The translations under genes and the position numbers were made by a program. The notes under the pieces are model-generated. The model was not told the origin of the DNA and ran no database searches. It saw only the letters and a program-made list of their open reading frames with translations. Shown here in pieces: positions 11,401 to 20,536 of a stretch of 64,000 nt of DNA (the first letter of the stretch is position 1; each line of letters begins with the position of its first letter). The stretch lies in the IMG/VR virus record IMGVR_UViG_3300033821_000010. One strand, given 5' to 3'. The DNA is from an uncultured virus (IMG/VR IMGVR_UViG_3300033821_000010) (lineage: Duplodnaviria > Heunggongvirae > Uroviricota > Caudoviricetes).

Positions 11401-14400
11401 TTCCAATTTCATCAATTTGTTTATTGACAATCGCAGCATTCTCTTCTAATACTTTTAATTCTGCCTCTTGTGCTTGGGCAAAATTAGCCAATGCCATATT
11501 AGTATAATCTGTTTCCTTTACAGATTCTTCTAAACTGCTTATAGCTTGTTGTTGATAGCCGCGCCGGTTTGCAATAAATTTTATTTCGCTTCTGTGGGCA
11601 GCATCATATTTTCCATTAACATCATCAATAGCAATTTTGTCTTCTTCTGCCAATTTACTCCAAACTATTGGTCCTTCGCCAAATTGTTCTAATGCGGCTG
11701 TTATCTTCCCTTGTTGTTCTTTGGTTGCAAAATTTTTCACAATTTCTTTTAGATGTTTTTTGTCCAATTTCGCACTTTTTACTTCGCTGATTCTTGATGC
11801 TCTGAGCTTCTTCAACTCTTTTTCATCTTCTTTATATTTTGCAGTAAGTTCCTCAGTTGATTCTTTGTTGTCTTCCAACTCTTTCTTCTCATCGTTATAT
11901 ACCTTCGCTCTCTTTTTTAGTGCGTCTTCTGTTTCTGCTACCATTACAGTACCGATTTCATAATCGTCTGTTGCTCCTTTCTCTTTATCCATCTGTTGAG
12001 TAATTTTTTTAATTTGTTCATAAGCAGCGTCTTTAGTTATTTTCCCGCCATTAGTATTCTTAGTAAAGAAATCTTTCAAAGTATCCGTGAATTCGTTTTG
12101 TTGTTCGTCGGACTTTTTTTGTCGTTCTTCGTTTTCCTTTTTTACTTTTTCAATACGGGTTTCTAATTCTTTAACACTTGCAGTTGCCGTACTCCTCTCT
12201 TCAACCTTGCTTCCCAATGGCCCCGGTTCATTACTTATTTTTTTCTGTTTTTTAAGTTCTTTTTCAAGCGACTCAACTTCACTATCAGCAAGTGGCTCTG
12301 GTGTAGCGGCAACAAAAGTTTCGAATGTTTTGTAAGCTTGTTGTCTTGCTGCTTCGTCTTTTTTGAGCCTTTTATTAATCGCTTCCTCTAATTGTTTTTG
12401 TCTCTCAGCATCTCTGCTGGCTGCTTCAATTTCAACACCCTTTTGTTTTATCTGTTCCTTCCGTTGAGCAGCCGTACCAGCCGCCGTCAAAGCACCACCA
12501 GCGGTTTGGTTTGCTGTTAATCTTCGTTCAGTAATACCTGCACGTTTTCGCATTTCTTGAACTTGTGGCGATTTCTGCCAGACATCAGCCATTTCAAGTA
12601 TAGCATCTGCAAATTTTTGGGCTGCTTCCAACTCCACTTTATTTATCATCATTAAAGTGTTTTTTCTATCTTCGGCCATCAAAGTCGAATCGGATAATAT
12701 GCGTTGCCGCAATTTGTCTGTTTGCTCGGCAATCTTATCAAATCTGTCAGCAATAGCCTTGTTAGTATTGACTATTGTAGTGTTAAAGTCTTCAACTGAA
12801 CCTCCTAATTTTTCAAAATTAGCAAGTTTTAATTGACCAAATTTCTGAATTTCATCTTGAGCGGCAACCATAACTTCAGTTATGGTCTTGGTAGCCTTAA
12901 TATACATCTGCATACTTAATGCTGACCGCTGACGTGTTTTTTCCTCACCGCGCATAATAGTTCTTAAACGCTCATGGGACTTTTTTATTGAATCAATTGT
13001 TGGTCTTAGTTTCTTTAATGACTCGCCATATTTCGTTTCTTCATCGGCTCTCTCATTAAACGCATCCTGAACGTCTCCACTTACTATAAAAAGCCCTGCG
13101 AGTCCACCAATAGCTGCCCCTATTGCTGTACCAAATACTGGAACAACAGACCCAACAGTTGCTCCAAACAAAGCACCAGCAGCAGCACCTTTAAGAAGAG
13201 AGCCACCAATTTTCTTTGTTGTACTGGACATAGCATCTTCGTGCATAGCCATTTGATTGTCATAATCTTCAATCACATTGCCAGAAGCTACGAAGTCTTT
13301 TCTTAACTTTTTTACTCCATCCATTTGTTCCGCACCAGCGTCAGTCAACTTTTTTCCATAATATAATGCCGCCACACCAGCCAAAGCAAAACCTGTTGCC
13401 ATACCAGCACCTGTTGTGGTAATTTTTAATATACCTTTTGTATATAAGGTGTTATTTTTAAGTAATCCAGCGCCCCATTGTTTGACACCTTTTAAGGATA
13501 TGCCGGTTGCATCCTTAAAATCAAGCATAGTTCCAGCCACATCACCCAATTTATCTGTTACTTCTGCTGCGGCGGGAGAAATTTCACTAACTGCACCAAC
13601 CACAACAGAAGTAGCAACAGTTGCAGCTACTCCAGCTACTGCTCCCTTAACACCCCCGCCTTTATCTTTGCGGCCTTTACCACCAGTTTTAACAGCTAAA
13701 TTCCCCGCCCCACCTTTGCTTCCTTGGGCTGCTATGGCTGCTGTGTTCTTAACAATCTGGTCCGTATTAGTTTTAATAGATAAATCAGCCACATTTGGTG
13801 GTGGTTTCCTGAAAATCATCATAAGACCAACAGCAAGACCAGCTACGCCAATCAATGACTCCGCTGCACTGGAAGTCTTTTCTGCTATTGTGGCAAACGA
13901 CGGACCCCATGACGGCAACCATTCATATAAACCACGTTCGATATTCTCAATCTTGGCATCAGTTGTTTGCGCCTGATTTAATATGTCAGTGTTGGCTTTG
14001 TCCTTTTCTTCACCACCAGCACCACCTAATAAACCAGCACTCTGTAATTCTATAGCTTGAGAAACCTTGCCCTGTTGTGCTAAAGCAAACCACGATGCTG
14101 CTTGGTCATCAAAAGATGCTGTAATCTTTAAATCCGTATCAAGATTCGGCATTTCTTTGAGCAAATCTACATAGTTTTTAAGCTTATCTAATTGTGCCCC
14201 GCCAAATGATTCTCTAAGCTTTATCGCTGCATCTTCCATATTTCCCAACGAAGCAACACCCGACATTACTCCTTCTTCTAATACCCCTCTAAATTCAGAA
14301 AATTGCTTAGTGGTCATGGACAAGTTCTTGCGCATGTCCTCTAACTGTTTAAGACCACCTGGAGCTATAATATCTAATTCCGCCATTGTTGCTTGTTCAA

Positions 14401-15115
14401 CATTAAACTTGGCAAAATCTATCATTCCTTCGCGGAATTCTTTTGCCAATTCTCCCATCTTTTTCGCAGCATAAATGGCGGCTGCACCCAAGGCTACCAT
14501 TCCAGTTGCATTTTTTCCTATGCCTTCTCTAAATCCTTTTGTATGCTCGCTGGCCTTTTTCAAAACCAAACCATGTATCTTATCAAAAGCTTTGGTGCTT
14601 TCGATAAGCTTTTCAAATTCTTCTTTGGTTTCTTTATACCCCTTTATACCTCTCTTTCTTCGCTTTTCGCCATCTTCGTCGTTCTTTTTACTTTGACCGG
14701 ATGCTGCTGCTTCCTCTTCCGATAATGCAACAATAGCTTCAGTTTGTTTATTGATTACCGCCAAATTTTTTGCATTGATTTTGGAAGCAGCGTTAGCTTG
14801 CGAATTGGCTTTCTTATGGGCATCTGCTAATTCTTCAACAGCACCAGCAGCATCTTGTACACCCTCTGCCATTGCGCCAGTGTTAGTAGCCGCCTTCTTG
14901 GCATTAGTAGACAAAGCGCCTATACGTGTAACAACTGTCTTAAGTGAATTACCTAAAGCGCCTTGGCTTTTAACAAGCTTCTCTATAGCTCCACCTAGAG
15001 TGCCAATATTTTCCGTAAGCTTGCCAATTTGCTTCTCAAGCTTAGCTTGTTTCTTAAGCTGGTCTTCTTGACCCTCTTGAAGAGCCTCTAATTGGTCCTT
15101 GATGTCTTTTGGCAT
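8453..15115 (-). CDS. Tape measure protein
   Basis: 2220 aa, Ala/Lys/Glu-rich helical sequence with Gly/Ala hydrophobic stretches (GSVVPVFGTAIGAAIGGLAG); located after tube and chaperone genes. Confidence 0.85.
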   Translation of the reverse strand: MPKDIKDQLEALQEGQEDQLKKQAKLEKQIGKLTENIGTLGGAIEKLVKSQGALGNSLKTVVTRIGALSTNAKKAATNTGAMAEGVQDAAGAVEELADAHKKANSQANAASKINAKNLAVINKQTEAIVALSEEEAAASGQSKKNDEDGEKRRKRGIKGYKETKEEFEKLIESTKAFDKIHGLVLKKASEHTKGFREGIGKNATGMVALGAAAIYAAKKMGELAKEFREGMIDFAKFNVEQATMAELDIIAPGGLKQLEDMRKNLSMTTKQFSEFRGVLEEGVMSGVASLGNMEDAAIKLRESFGGAQLDKLKNYVDLLKEMPNLDTDLKITASFDDQAASWFALAQQGKVSQAIELQSAGLLGGAGGEEKDKANTDILNQAQTTDAKIENIERGLYEWLPSWGPSFATIAEKTSSAAESLIGVAGLAVGLMMIFRKPPPNVADLSIKTNTDQIVKNTAAIAAQGSKGGAGNLAVKTGGKGRKDKGGGVKGAVAGVAATVATSVVVGAVSEISPAAAEVTDKLGDVAGTMLDFKDATGISLKGVKQWGAGLLKNNTLYTKGILKITTTGAGMATGFALAGVAALYYGKKLTDAGAEQMDGVKKLRKDFVASGNVIEDYDNQMAMHEDAMSSTTKKIGGSLLKGAAAGALFGATVGSVVPVFGTAIGAAIGGLAGLFIVSGDVQDAFNERADEETKYGESLKKLRPTIDSIKKSHERLRTIMRGEEKTRQRSALSMQMYIKATKTITEVMVAAQDEIQKFGQLKLANFEKLGGSVEDFNTTIVNTNKAIADRFDKIAEQTDKLRQRILSDSTLMAEDRKNTLMMINKVELEAAQKFADAILEMADVWQKSPQVQEMRKRAGITERRLTANQTAGGALTAAGTAAQRKEQIKQKGVEIEAASRDAERQKQLEEAINKRLKKDEAARQQAYKTFETFVAATPEPLADSEVESLEKELKKQKKISNEPGPLGSKVEERSTATASVKELETRIEKVKKENEERQKKSDEQQNEFTDTLKDFFTKNTNGGKITKDAAYEQIKKITQQMDKEKGATDDYEIGTVMVAETEDALKKRAKVYNDEKKELEDNKESTEELTAKYKEDEKELKKLRASRISEVKSAKLDKKHLKEIVKNFATKEQQGKITAALEQFGEGPIVWSKLAEEDKIAIDDVNGKYDAAHRSEIKFIANRRGYQQQAISSLEESVKETDYTNMALANFAQAQEAELKVLEENAAIVNKQIDEIGKSNKSAEALREMQQADAAATYDYATNNGAENASRRLLATMKKNAGLNDDIKKAGEVLHDTAANIKIVISKELELIQTDLEDIHPSQIFNLSGVANDVKNAFNTELGAVNTELQDALKEAADLRERQMKAIELQAAGKKEEAAKVFTPEQAGRLEKVQQQAIPKNISKQKNILQSIMKKYGDFPELKEYATKLENRAQFLAKAAGKSNTAAQSYVTSQQNLDIKMAEANSALIEDLKKFRDSIDQIDQSFDYQVPKSLKESADAGIDLAGVLWDVAKGQEAVRDANKSLNQMRDAYIAGLDKELKDTLKIMDAAIEKDKIELEGAKTVIDKETKKKKLEIDIANRSMKASLGQKARNTKILEIAKATTEVIKKNADLQISNLEEQKSYLTEYADTLSELGGSVGEIVKVRQQSMQVSYEELAIKRDEVKAMDENIAAMKREQEAASIAGDFNKAATLATAITANEKERFRMAMEYGKKEMQVRKEALGMQRDAYDKLLSKAFGALNANKGAARGIGTDALLFGGSRVVNAKGMTVGGKSSTLQDRQAQMAMGAKPTGLISSMPNIAGVGGTGAVASRSPTEKLENKRGSGLGGTLGAGPNTAANLPTPATQAAIIDKGIDGSQKVSSMNNTLDVIAGTILDIAARFGIVAKKDDKKTTRELKNTRREITTDKKQLDGLSKIEQLGEKGASGVAGAAGVAGVAVGAGGTKGAKGGKVGLSYQQQIGKHQAEKMGKFDVYMKRIEEADAAEAKLTDEERAAKKAQSDEAAFAADKKAAEFSATRKDRIEKTSNETPEERTQRRLDMVNASLQKRKATKTTGVQTVKSATDVNDVGYKQIADKQKELEAKAGETKDQFNTDWLDTFKTFGAKEAPLGPKGVTGAAGEQGLAGSTGPAFMAGKTAPYSPAALTPTAGLQPVSTISANPRGAGAANAPMTLNVDVKGDIKVSFNNEMFKKEVSQIVIQTASTNPAFLQVMNKRYVSMS

Positions 15116-15126
15116 AACCTAAATTC

Positions 15127-15831
15127 CTAAATCAAGATAATGTCCTTCTCAAACAGTGTCATAACTACATCCATCAACGTTGGAAATATCTTGTACACCT
15201 TTGTTATACATTCACTCGAAAGACTGCCGCTCTTATCAAACTCCAAAGCTACCTTATTGCCCTTGGAATCACGAAGACTCCAATCCTTTAAATGCCAAAC
15301 TATAAAGAAATTACGCACTTGTACAGCATCCACGAGCGTCTTTCCTGCTTTAATATTGAAAGTAGAAGACCGTTGACGATAATTCGCAATGTCGTCATAA
15401 GTAGGTTGTGTGAAATCAAACCACTCTATTGTGTGACCTAGTTTATCAAATTCATCAAAATCAACACCTATACCTGTCTTGGAAATGCTAAGAATTTTAC
15501 CCTTCTGTTTGTCAAAAAGAATATCCACTTCAATTCGGCGTCTTTCTTCTGTGTCAATAAAGAAAGAAGGAAGTGCCTCTTTTTCTTCGGCAGGCTGTTC
15601 CTTAGCTTCCTTAAGTGCATCAACATTCACTGCTGATTTCTTGACGCCATCCAATTTCTCTGACATCTTTTCTTTCTCTTTAACATCATCCTTTGCTTCT
15701 TCTGGTGTTTCTACCTTGGCCTCTACCTTAGCTTCTACCTTGGCTTCTGTCTTGGCTTCGGCCTTGGGTTCTGCCTTGGGTTCAACCTTTGCTTCAGCTT
15801 TGGTTGTCTTCACTTCTTTTTCTTCTGCCAT
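15127..15831 (-). CDS. Putative tail assembly chaperone (paralog 3) with N-terminal EAKV-type repeats
   Basis: Immediately upstream of the TMP; 'WFDF...HLKDWSL' parallels 'WVEF...LLKVWSF' in 17425-17934. Confidence 0.55.
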   Translation of the reverse strand: MAEEKEVKTTKAEAKVEPKAEPKAEAKTEAKVEAKVEAKVETPEEAKDDVKEKEKMSEKLDGVKKSAVNVDALKEAKEQPAEEKEALPSFFIDTEERRRIEVDILFDKQKGKILSISKTGIGVDFDEFDKLGHTIEWFDFTQPTYDDIANYRQRSSTFNIKAGKTLVDAVQVRNFFIVWHLKDWSLRDSKGNKVALEFDKSGSLSSECITKVYKIFPTLMDVVMTLFEKDIILI

Positions 15832-15852
15832 TGCCCTATCCTCCTAATATAA

Positions 15853-16701
15853 TTATGGTGTAATGATATTCTGCGCTGGATACATGTTCAACGCAGCACT
15901 AGTAAACGAGTATGAGTATGCACCGGCATCAGTTGGGCCATTAAAAGTGAATCCTTCTGTTTTTGTTACTCCTTGAATCTGAAAGTTTTTCGTGGCTATA
16001 ACAACATGACTCAATTCGGAAGTGTTTGCAAAACTTATTTGTTCCATAGTGTTCAGGTCTAAAGTTACTTCTACTGTGCCACATTTCATATATTTGGGTG
16101 CCGTGGTATTCTGATTCAAGAAAACAGGAGAAACTTCTTGGCTATATGATAAAGTCCAATCCTTAACAGGAATGTTTGCATTGCCAGAATACCAATATCC
16201 ATAAGGTATGCTGGCAGAATTTTCGCTTCTTGTGGAAATATAGCTGCCACCACCACTCCAATCATTCCATATATTACTACCACCAGACACCACACTACCA
16301 GAAACAAACGAAAGATTGGCTGAAATCAAACCCCCTGCCGCCCCTTGAAGACTTAGAGAAGACGCATAAGCGTTTGATATCAATTTACCTACATACGGTG
16401 TTCCAGCATTACCTGTCCACATAGCCACTGTAAAATGGAATCCCCGCTGTAATAAACCTCCACTATTACTTATCAAATTCATTGCGTCTGCTTTGACATC
16501 CCAAGCCAAAGAACCACTAATCATTGTCGTGCCAGGAGCATATAATACCTTTGTTCTTTGAGTTGAGTCAGGCACAATATCCATTAACGTAACAAACGTT
16601 TGTGTGTTATCCAATGTAGCATTACCACTCGTCAACAGCACTTGTGTACCGTTAACCAATGCTACTCCCGCAAATCCACCTAGTAATGGTATAGCAGTCA
16701 T
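15853..16701 (-). CDS. Putative tail tube-like protein (paralog 3)
   Basis: Beta-rich, Ser/Thr/Gly-rich; shares N-terminal GF(A) and 'P..(Y/F)W...(D/N)W....(Q/N)...P.....G' pattern with 18084-19004 and 19022-20521. Confidence 0.55.
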   Translation of the reverse strand: MTAIPLLGGFAGVALVNGTQVLLTSGNATLDNTQTFVTLMDIVPDSTQRTKVLYAPGTTMISGSLAWDVKADAMNLISNSGGLLQRGFHFTVAMWTGNAGTPYVGKLISNAYASSLSLQGAAGGLISANLSFVSGSVVSGGSNIWNDWSGGGSYISTRSENSASIPYGYWYSGNANIPVKDWTLSYSQEVSPVFLNQNTTAPKYMKCGTVEVTLDLNTMEQISFANTSELSHVVIATKNFQIQGVTKTEGFTFNGPTDAGAYSYSFTSAALNMYPAQNIITP

Positions 16702-17447
16702 TATTGGCCTCTGTCCGGCACAATTGTTGCGCGGCTCTGTACTGCTGGACCACCCATTGAAATTTTACTACGACTTCTGTTATGTTCTGTCCTATGCGCT
16801 GCTGCATTAACCTGTGTTTCTTTTGATAGCATAAGACGCAGCATCATATATTCTTTGTATGATAAGCTCTTCAAATCAAACCTGTTGATTCCAAATTTCT
16901 CCCAAAAGTTGCCTAATGTACAGAATAAACTAACAGCCTCACATGCGTTTTCCACACCACTGCTGTTCTTCCCAAACAATGTGGCCGCTTGTTTGGTAAT
17001 AGTTTCTTCATCGTCATCGGCGACATTGATAGTTGCATAGTATTGGCTCACTATTGACGATAACAAAGGTGCTGAAAGTTTCATCACTTTCCGTAGACTA
17101 TCCTTGGTAAGTTTGCCTTCATCATCTAAATCAAGCTCAAAAAGTGAAATCTTCCGCAACATGTTTTGAACTATTTGATACCTGAATTCTTGGAAATCAG
17201 TCTCTTTTACCTTATCATTAAATTCATAGTTTTGCTCGTAAATAGCACTCTTAGTGTCAATGTTCCAAAAGTCTGTACAAGTCATCTTCTTGAATGTGGC
17301 AAAAACTTGTTCATCGCTATTGTCATCCGGTATGCAGATTTTGGGCGTAATCCATCTGACATTGACCGTAATATCAATGGTATCGGCAGATATTAAAGTC
17401 TGCCATTCGTGTTTAACAATATCGTTATCCGTTGTATTCAAGTACAT
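16701..17447 (-). CDS. Putative tail assembly chaperone (paralog 2)
   Basis: 248 aa in the tail operon; 'ELDLDDEGKLTKDSLRKVMKL' matches 'ALEFDKSGSLSSECITKVYKI' (15127 gene) and 'LLHVNGTLSDESYVAFTKL' (17425 gene). Confidence 0.5.
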   Translation of the reverse strand: MYLNTTDNDIVKHEWQTLISADTIDITVNVRWITPKICIPDDNSDEQVFATFKKMTCTDFWNIDTKSAIYEQNYEFNDKVKETDFQEFRYQIVQNMLRKISLFELDLDDEGKLTKDSLRKVMKLSAPLLSSIVSQYYATINVADDDEETITKQAATLFGKNSSGVENACEAVSLFCTLGNFWEKFGINRFDLKSLSYKEYMMLRLMLSKETQVNAAAHRTEHNRSRSKISMGGPAVQSRATIVPDRGQ

Positions 17448-17934
17448 TGTTCATTCTTTCCAAAACATACCGGACGATAGTGGGATAAAGCTTGGTAAAA
17501 GCCACATAGCTTTCATCACTTAAAGTACCATTGACATGTAGTAGTTTTAAACGCTGATTGTCCTTCTCAAAAGACCATACTTTCAAAAGACTTTGCACTT
17601 TTAGCCTGTTCAAAAGGTCATTGTCTACAAAATGGATACGTTTCAATTGGTCATAGGTGGTAGCCTGCTTTTTAAGCACGATTTCTTCCTCAAACGACCA
17701 CATCCTGAACTCAACCCAATGAGCTTCAACGCCTTCCATTTTTCCGTCTGGTTTTTCTAGTACAATCCAACGCTTATCTTTTTTGGCTAAATAGATATCT
17801 ATTTTAAACGTGTCATTGTCTGTTAGCTCATATTTCCCCGGTTTAGAAATTTGTTCGTCAATACGCTTTTCAGGCGCAATGGATTGTATGCCGGTAGTTT
17901 TATCAAGCGCATTTGGTAGACTCACCTTAGCCAT
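17425..17934 (-). CDS. Putative tail assembly chaperone (paralog 1)
   Basis: Likely start MAKVSLP at 17934 after GGAAAGG; shares motifs with the other two chaperone-like genes; follows the tube genes. Confidence 0.55.
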   Translation of the reverse strand: MAKVSLPNALDKTTGIQSIAPEKRIDEQISKPGKYELTDNDTFKIDIYLAKKDKRWIVLEKPDGKMEGVEAHWVEFRMWSFEEEIVLKKQATTYDQLKRIHFVDNDLLNRLKVQSLLKVWSFEKDNQRLKLLHVNGTLSDESYVAFTKLYPTIVRYVLERMNNVLEYNG

Positions 17935-17958
17935 TTTGTACAACCTTTCCACAAAAGA

Positions 17959-18034
17959 AAACGCAAACTATAACCCACGAAAGTCTATCTCACGATACCG
18001 CGAGATATCTACTCATGGAAGTTAGTTTGCGTTC
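17959..18034 (-). other. Long imperfect RNA hairpin in intergenic region
   Basis: Minus strand: AACGCAAACTA / TAGTTTGCGTT outer stem, CCATGAG / TTCGTGG middle stem, TATCTCGCG-GTAT-CGTGAGATA inner stem; G-U pairs favour the minus strand. Confidence 0.65.
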
Positions 18035-18083
18035 ATCTTTCATTTCATCTTTTATTTTCATACTATCCGAAATTAATCGGAAA

Positions 18084-19004
18084 CTACGCTATCGGACCAT
18101 ATATCTGATACGACAAATTAATAGGTACTACATCACTTTGTCCTACAATATCATCTGCAAAATTATTCCATTGGCAAAAACCTAAATTTAAAGAACCAGC
18201 ACCTACAGCCGTTGTAATATTTGTTTCATAGGTTATTATTGCTTCTCCTTCAACTTCCCCACTTAGATTTACTATTACTGCACTTCCTGTAAACTCTCCT
18301 GTCATTGGCCCAAAAATCACATAAGACGGTGCGCGGGGACTGCTAGACGCCAGACAAAGTGATTGTTTTGCTATATCCTGATTAAAAGTCACTGTCCAAT
18401 TTAGCAGTTTTAAGTTGTCCCCCAATCCCCCGATATTCGTTTTCCAAAATGGTATTGGCGTCGTATTAAAATAAGCCGTTTTGTTCAATGTAGGAATCGG
18501 CAAACCACGTAAAGCATTCTTTCCATCAGTATCATCAATAACCCCACCCCTATTCTGAATATAGTTATCTTTAATAGTGGTATACTCTCCTCCAAGGCCA
18601 GAAACCTTAGTCCAACTCATCAAACTCATACTACTTGTAACTGCCGAACCTGCACCAGCCGCTTCCATTGAAATCGAAGTCCAATAACACTCTTGTAAAT
18701 GTTGTTGGTTTGATATCTGATTCCCTCTTGTCTGATAAACGATATTTTTGAAACCAGTTCGATTTATTAACCAACCTTTCCAACTATTGAAATATGTAGG
18801 TGTTGCTTCTACTGATATTGAACCATCATAATTAGGCCAATCATACGAATGTGGATAACCAATACCTGGACTGCCTGTTACACTGGTACTTCCCTTATAT
18901 GCCGAATTTGATTCTAGCCTTGTGCTTTGAAAGGGTGCTGAAATTGACGTTACTAAAACCAAGTTTCCATCAATTTCAGCGAATCCCTCATAGCCAACTG
19001 CCAT
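18084..19004 (-). CDS. Putative tail tube-like protein (paralog 2)
   Basis: Starts MAVGYEGFA; shares PIPFWKTN and GP...TG motifs with the intron-split paralog. Confidence 0.6.
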   Translation of the reverse strand: MAVGYEGFAEIDGNLVLVTSISAPFQSTRLESNSAYKGSTSVTGSPGIGYPHSYDWPNYDGSISVEATPTYFNSWKGWLINRTGFKNIVYQTRGNQISNQQHLQECYWTSISMEAAGAGSAVTSSMSLMSWTKVSGLGGEYTTIKDNYIQNRGGVIDDTDGKNALRGLPIPTLNKTAYFNTTPIPFWKTNIGGLGDNLKLLNWTVTFNQDIAKQSLCLASSSPRAPSYVIFGPMTGEFTGSAVIVNLSGEVEGEAIITYETNITTAVGAGSLNLGFCQWNNFADDIVGQSDVVPINLSYQIYGPIA

Positions 19005-19021
19005 TTTAACCTACTCCTAAA

Positions 19022-20521
19022 TTACATCGCTCCCATGTACAATGGTGGATAAAGTGTATCTACTCCCGGTACTAAGCTTGGTGGTGGAAGAGAACCATCA
19101 TTATTAGCAGTTCTGCCACCCATACCTTTGAAGTTATAGGTACGGGTTGTTACTTCGCTCTGACCTTTCAAGCTGAAGTCATCTGTTTCTACCACAACTG
19201 CTGGCAAATCAATGTTGACGTAAGTTTGAATAGCTGGAGGAGGACCGCTAGTAGTAATTTGAATTCTGAATGCTGAATTCTCTGCCGTTCTTGGCAAATA
19301 ACCTGTTGGTGGGAATACAGGGTCAAACACGCCGTCTGTGTGGAATAATGTCGCATTACCAGTAGCTTCAATCGGTCCCATCAAAATTGCCGTTGGATAT
19401 CTTACACCGCTACAAGTATAGAGTGGCTGTGTATTATTGGTTAAATCAATACCCCAATCAGTAGCTTCTGTACCAGCCTGCCAAGGTGTCGGAGTACCCA
19501 CCCCACCCCAATTACCCGGAGTCCAATTACTTGTATTACCCGCTCCAGGCGTAATATCATAAAGTCTAGCATTTGTCTTCCAGAACGGAATTGGGTTTGT
19601 GTTAGTCTGGCCAGGATTCAAAGGATTCAAACCACGAATAGCAGGTGGAGTTGAACCAATATAACCCGTTCTTTGATTGATATACGGCAGCAACAACGGG
19701 TCAAGAGCAGGATAAGTAATAATACGGTAAATGGCAATAACGTTAATAGAACTTAACACAAATGAACCCTGTGACGTATTGAAATTCATTGACTGCACCC
19801 ACGCACCACAATTACTGTTTACATCAAAATGCGAGCCGACGCCAGGACCGTATGGATTTGGAGTAAGTGTTGTAGGGGTATTTAAATCACTCAAAGTACC
19901 CACCCAATAATGATAGAGTGATTGACCATCTGGAGAAATATCCAATGAGCGTGGCCATGCTCTCTGTTCAATAGCCCAATCACGTATCGCATTCCATATG
20001 CCTTGCGATGCTTGAAGTTCAATATCAATATTACCTTCATAGCGCAAAGCGGAATCAGCGTAATGTGCCGACATCGGAGCATTGTACCAACCAGCGCCCC
20101 ATACTGAAGACGAATAGATTGGTTCAAGAGCGATGTTTACACCGGCTGTTGTGCAAAGCAATATCAGCGGATTTGAAGGTGAATCGGGTAAGCCTCCATA
20201 AGCTCCACCGCCACTTCCTAGTGTGTATAGTCTCGCAAAACCTTGGTCATTCTGTTGCTTCGGTTTTTCAACCTACTAACCACTTTTATGTGGCGGGGAA
20301 ACCTCTTCGGATTTCCCTCTCCCGCTTCTTTTTGTTATACGGGAGTTCAGACTGTCGCATATAGTTAAAAAGCTACTTGTTCGGGTAAACTTTTCGCCTT
20401 TAACTATCCCTCTCATTCAGTCGTTCAGGCTACCTTTCGGCTTGCCCCTTGTTATCCACTGCTGGATTTCCAAGTCAATTAGAGAAGGTTGAATGGGACA
20501 ACTTGTTTATCCCATACCCAT
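19022..20521 (-). CDS. Putative major tail tube protein, spliced (exon 1 20509-20521, exon 2 19022-20247; 412 aa)
   Basis: AGGAGG RBS at 20531-20536, then ATG GGT ATG GGA T | intron | AC CAA GGT TTT GCG gives MGMGYQGFARL. This is in frame with the 19022-20161 ORF and matches the paralog start MAVGYEGFAEI. Confidence 0.8.
20248..20508 (-). ncRNA. Group I self-splicing intron, 261 nt, no internal ORF
   Basis: 5' exon ends in U; exon GGGAU pairs with intron GUCCC (P1 with U-G); terminal omega-G at 20248; P3 CCUUCUC/GAGAGGG; P7 GACUG (20418-20422)/CAGUC (20350-20354) within R-like GAACGACUGA and S-like AUGCGACAGUCU elements; removal restores the reading frame. Confidence 0.88.
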
Positions 20522-20536
20522 TTGATTGTTCCTCCT

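Noticed and set aside
17400..17470. Lambda G/GT-type -1 frameshift between chaperone genes
   Set aside because: The two ORFs are related by +1, not -1; no XXXYYYZ slippery site is evident and the second ORF has its own ATG with GGAAAG upstream.
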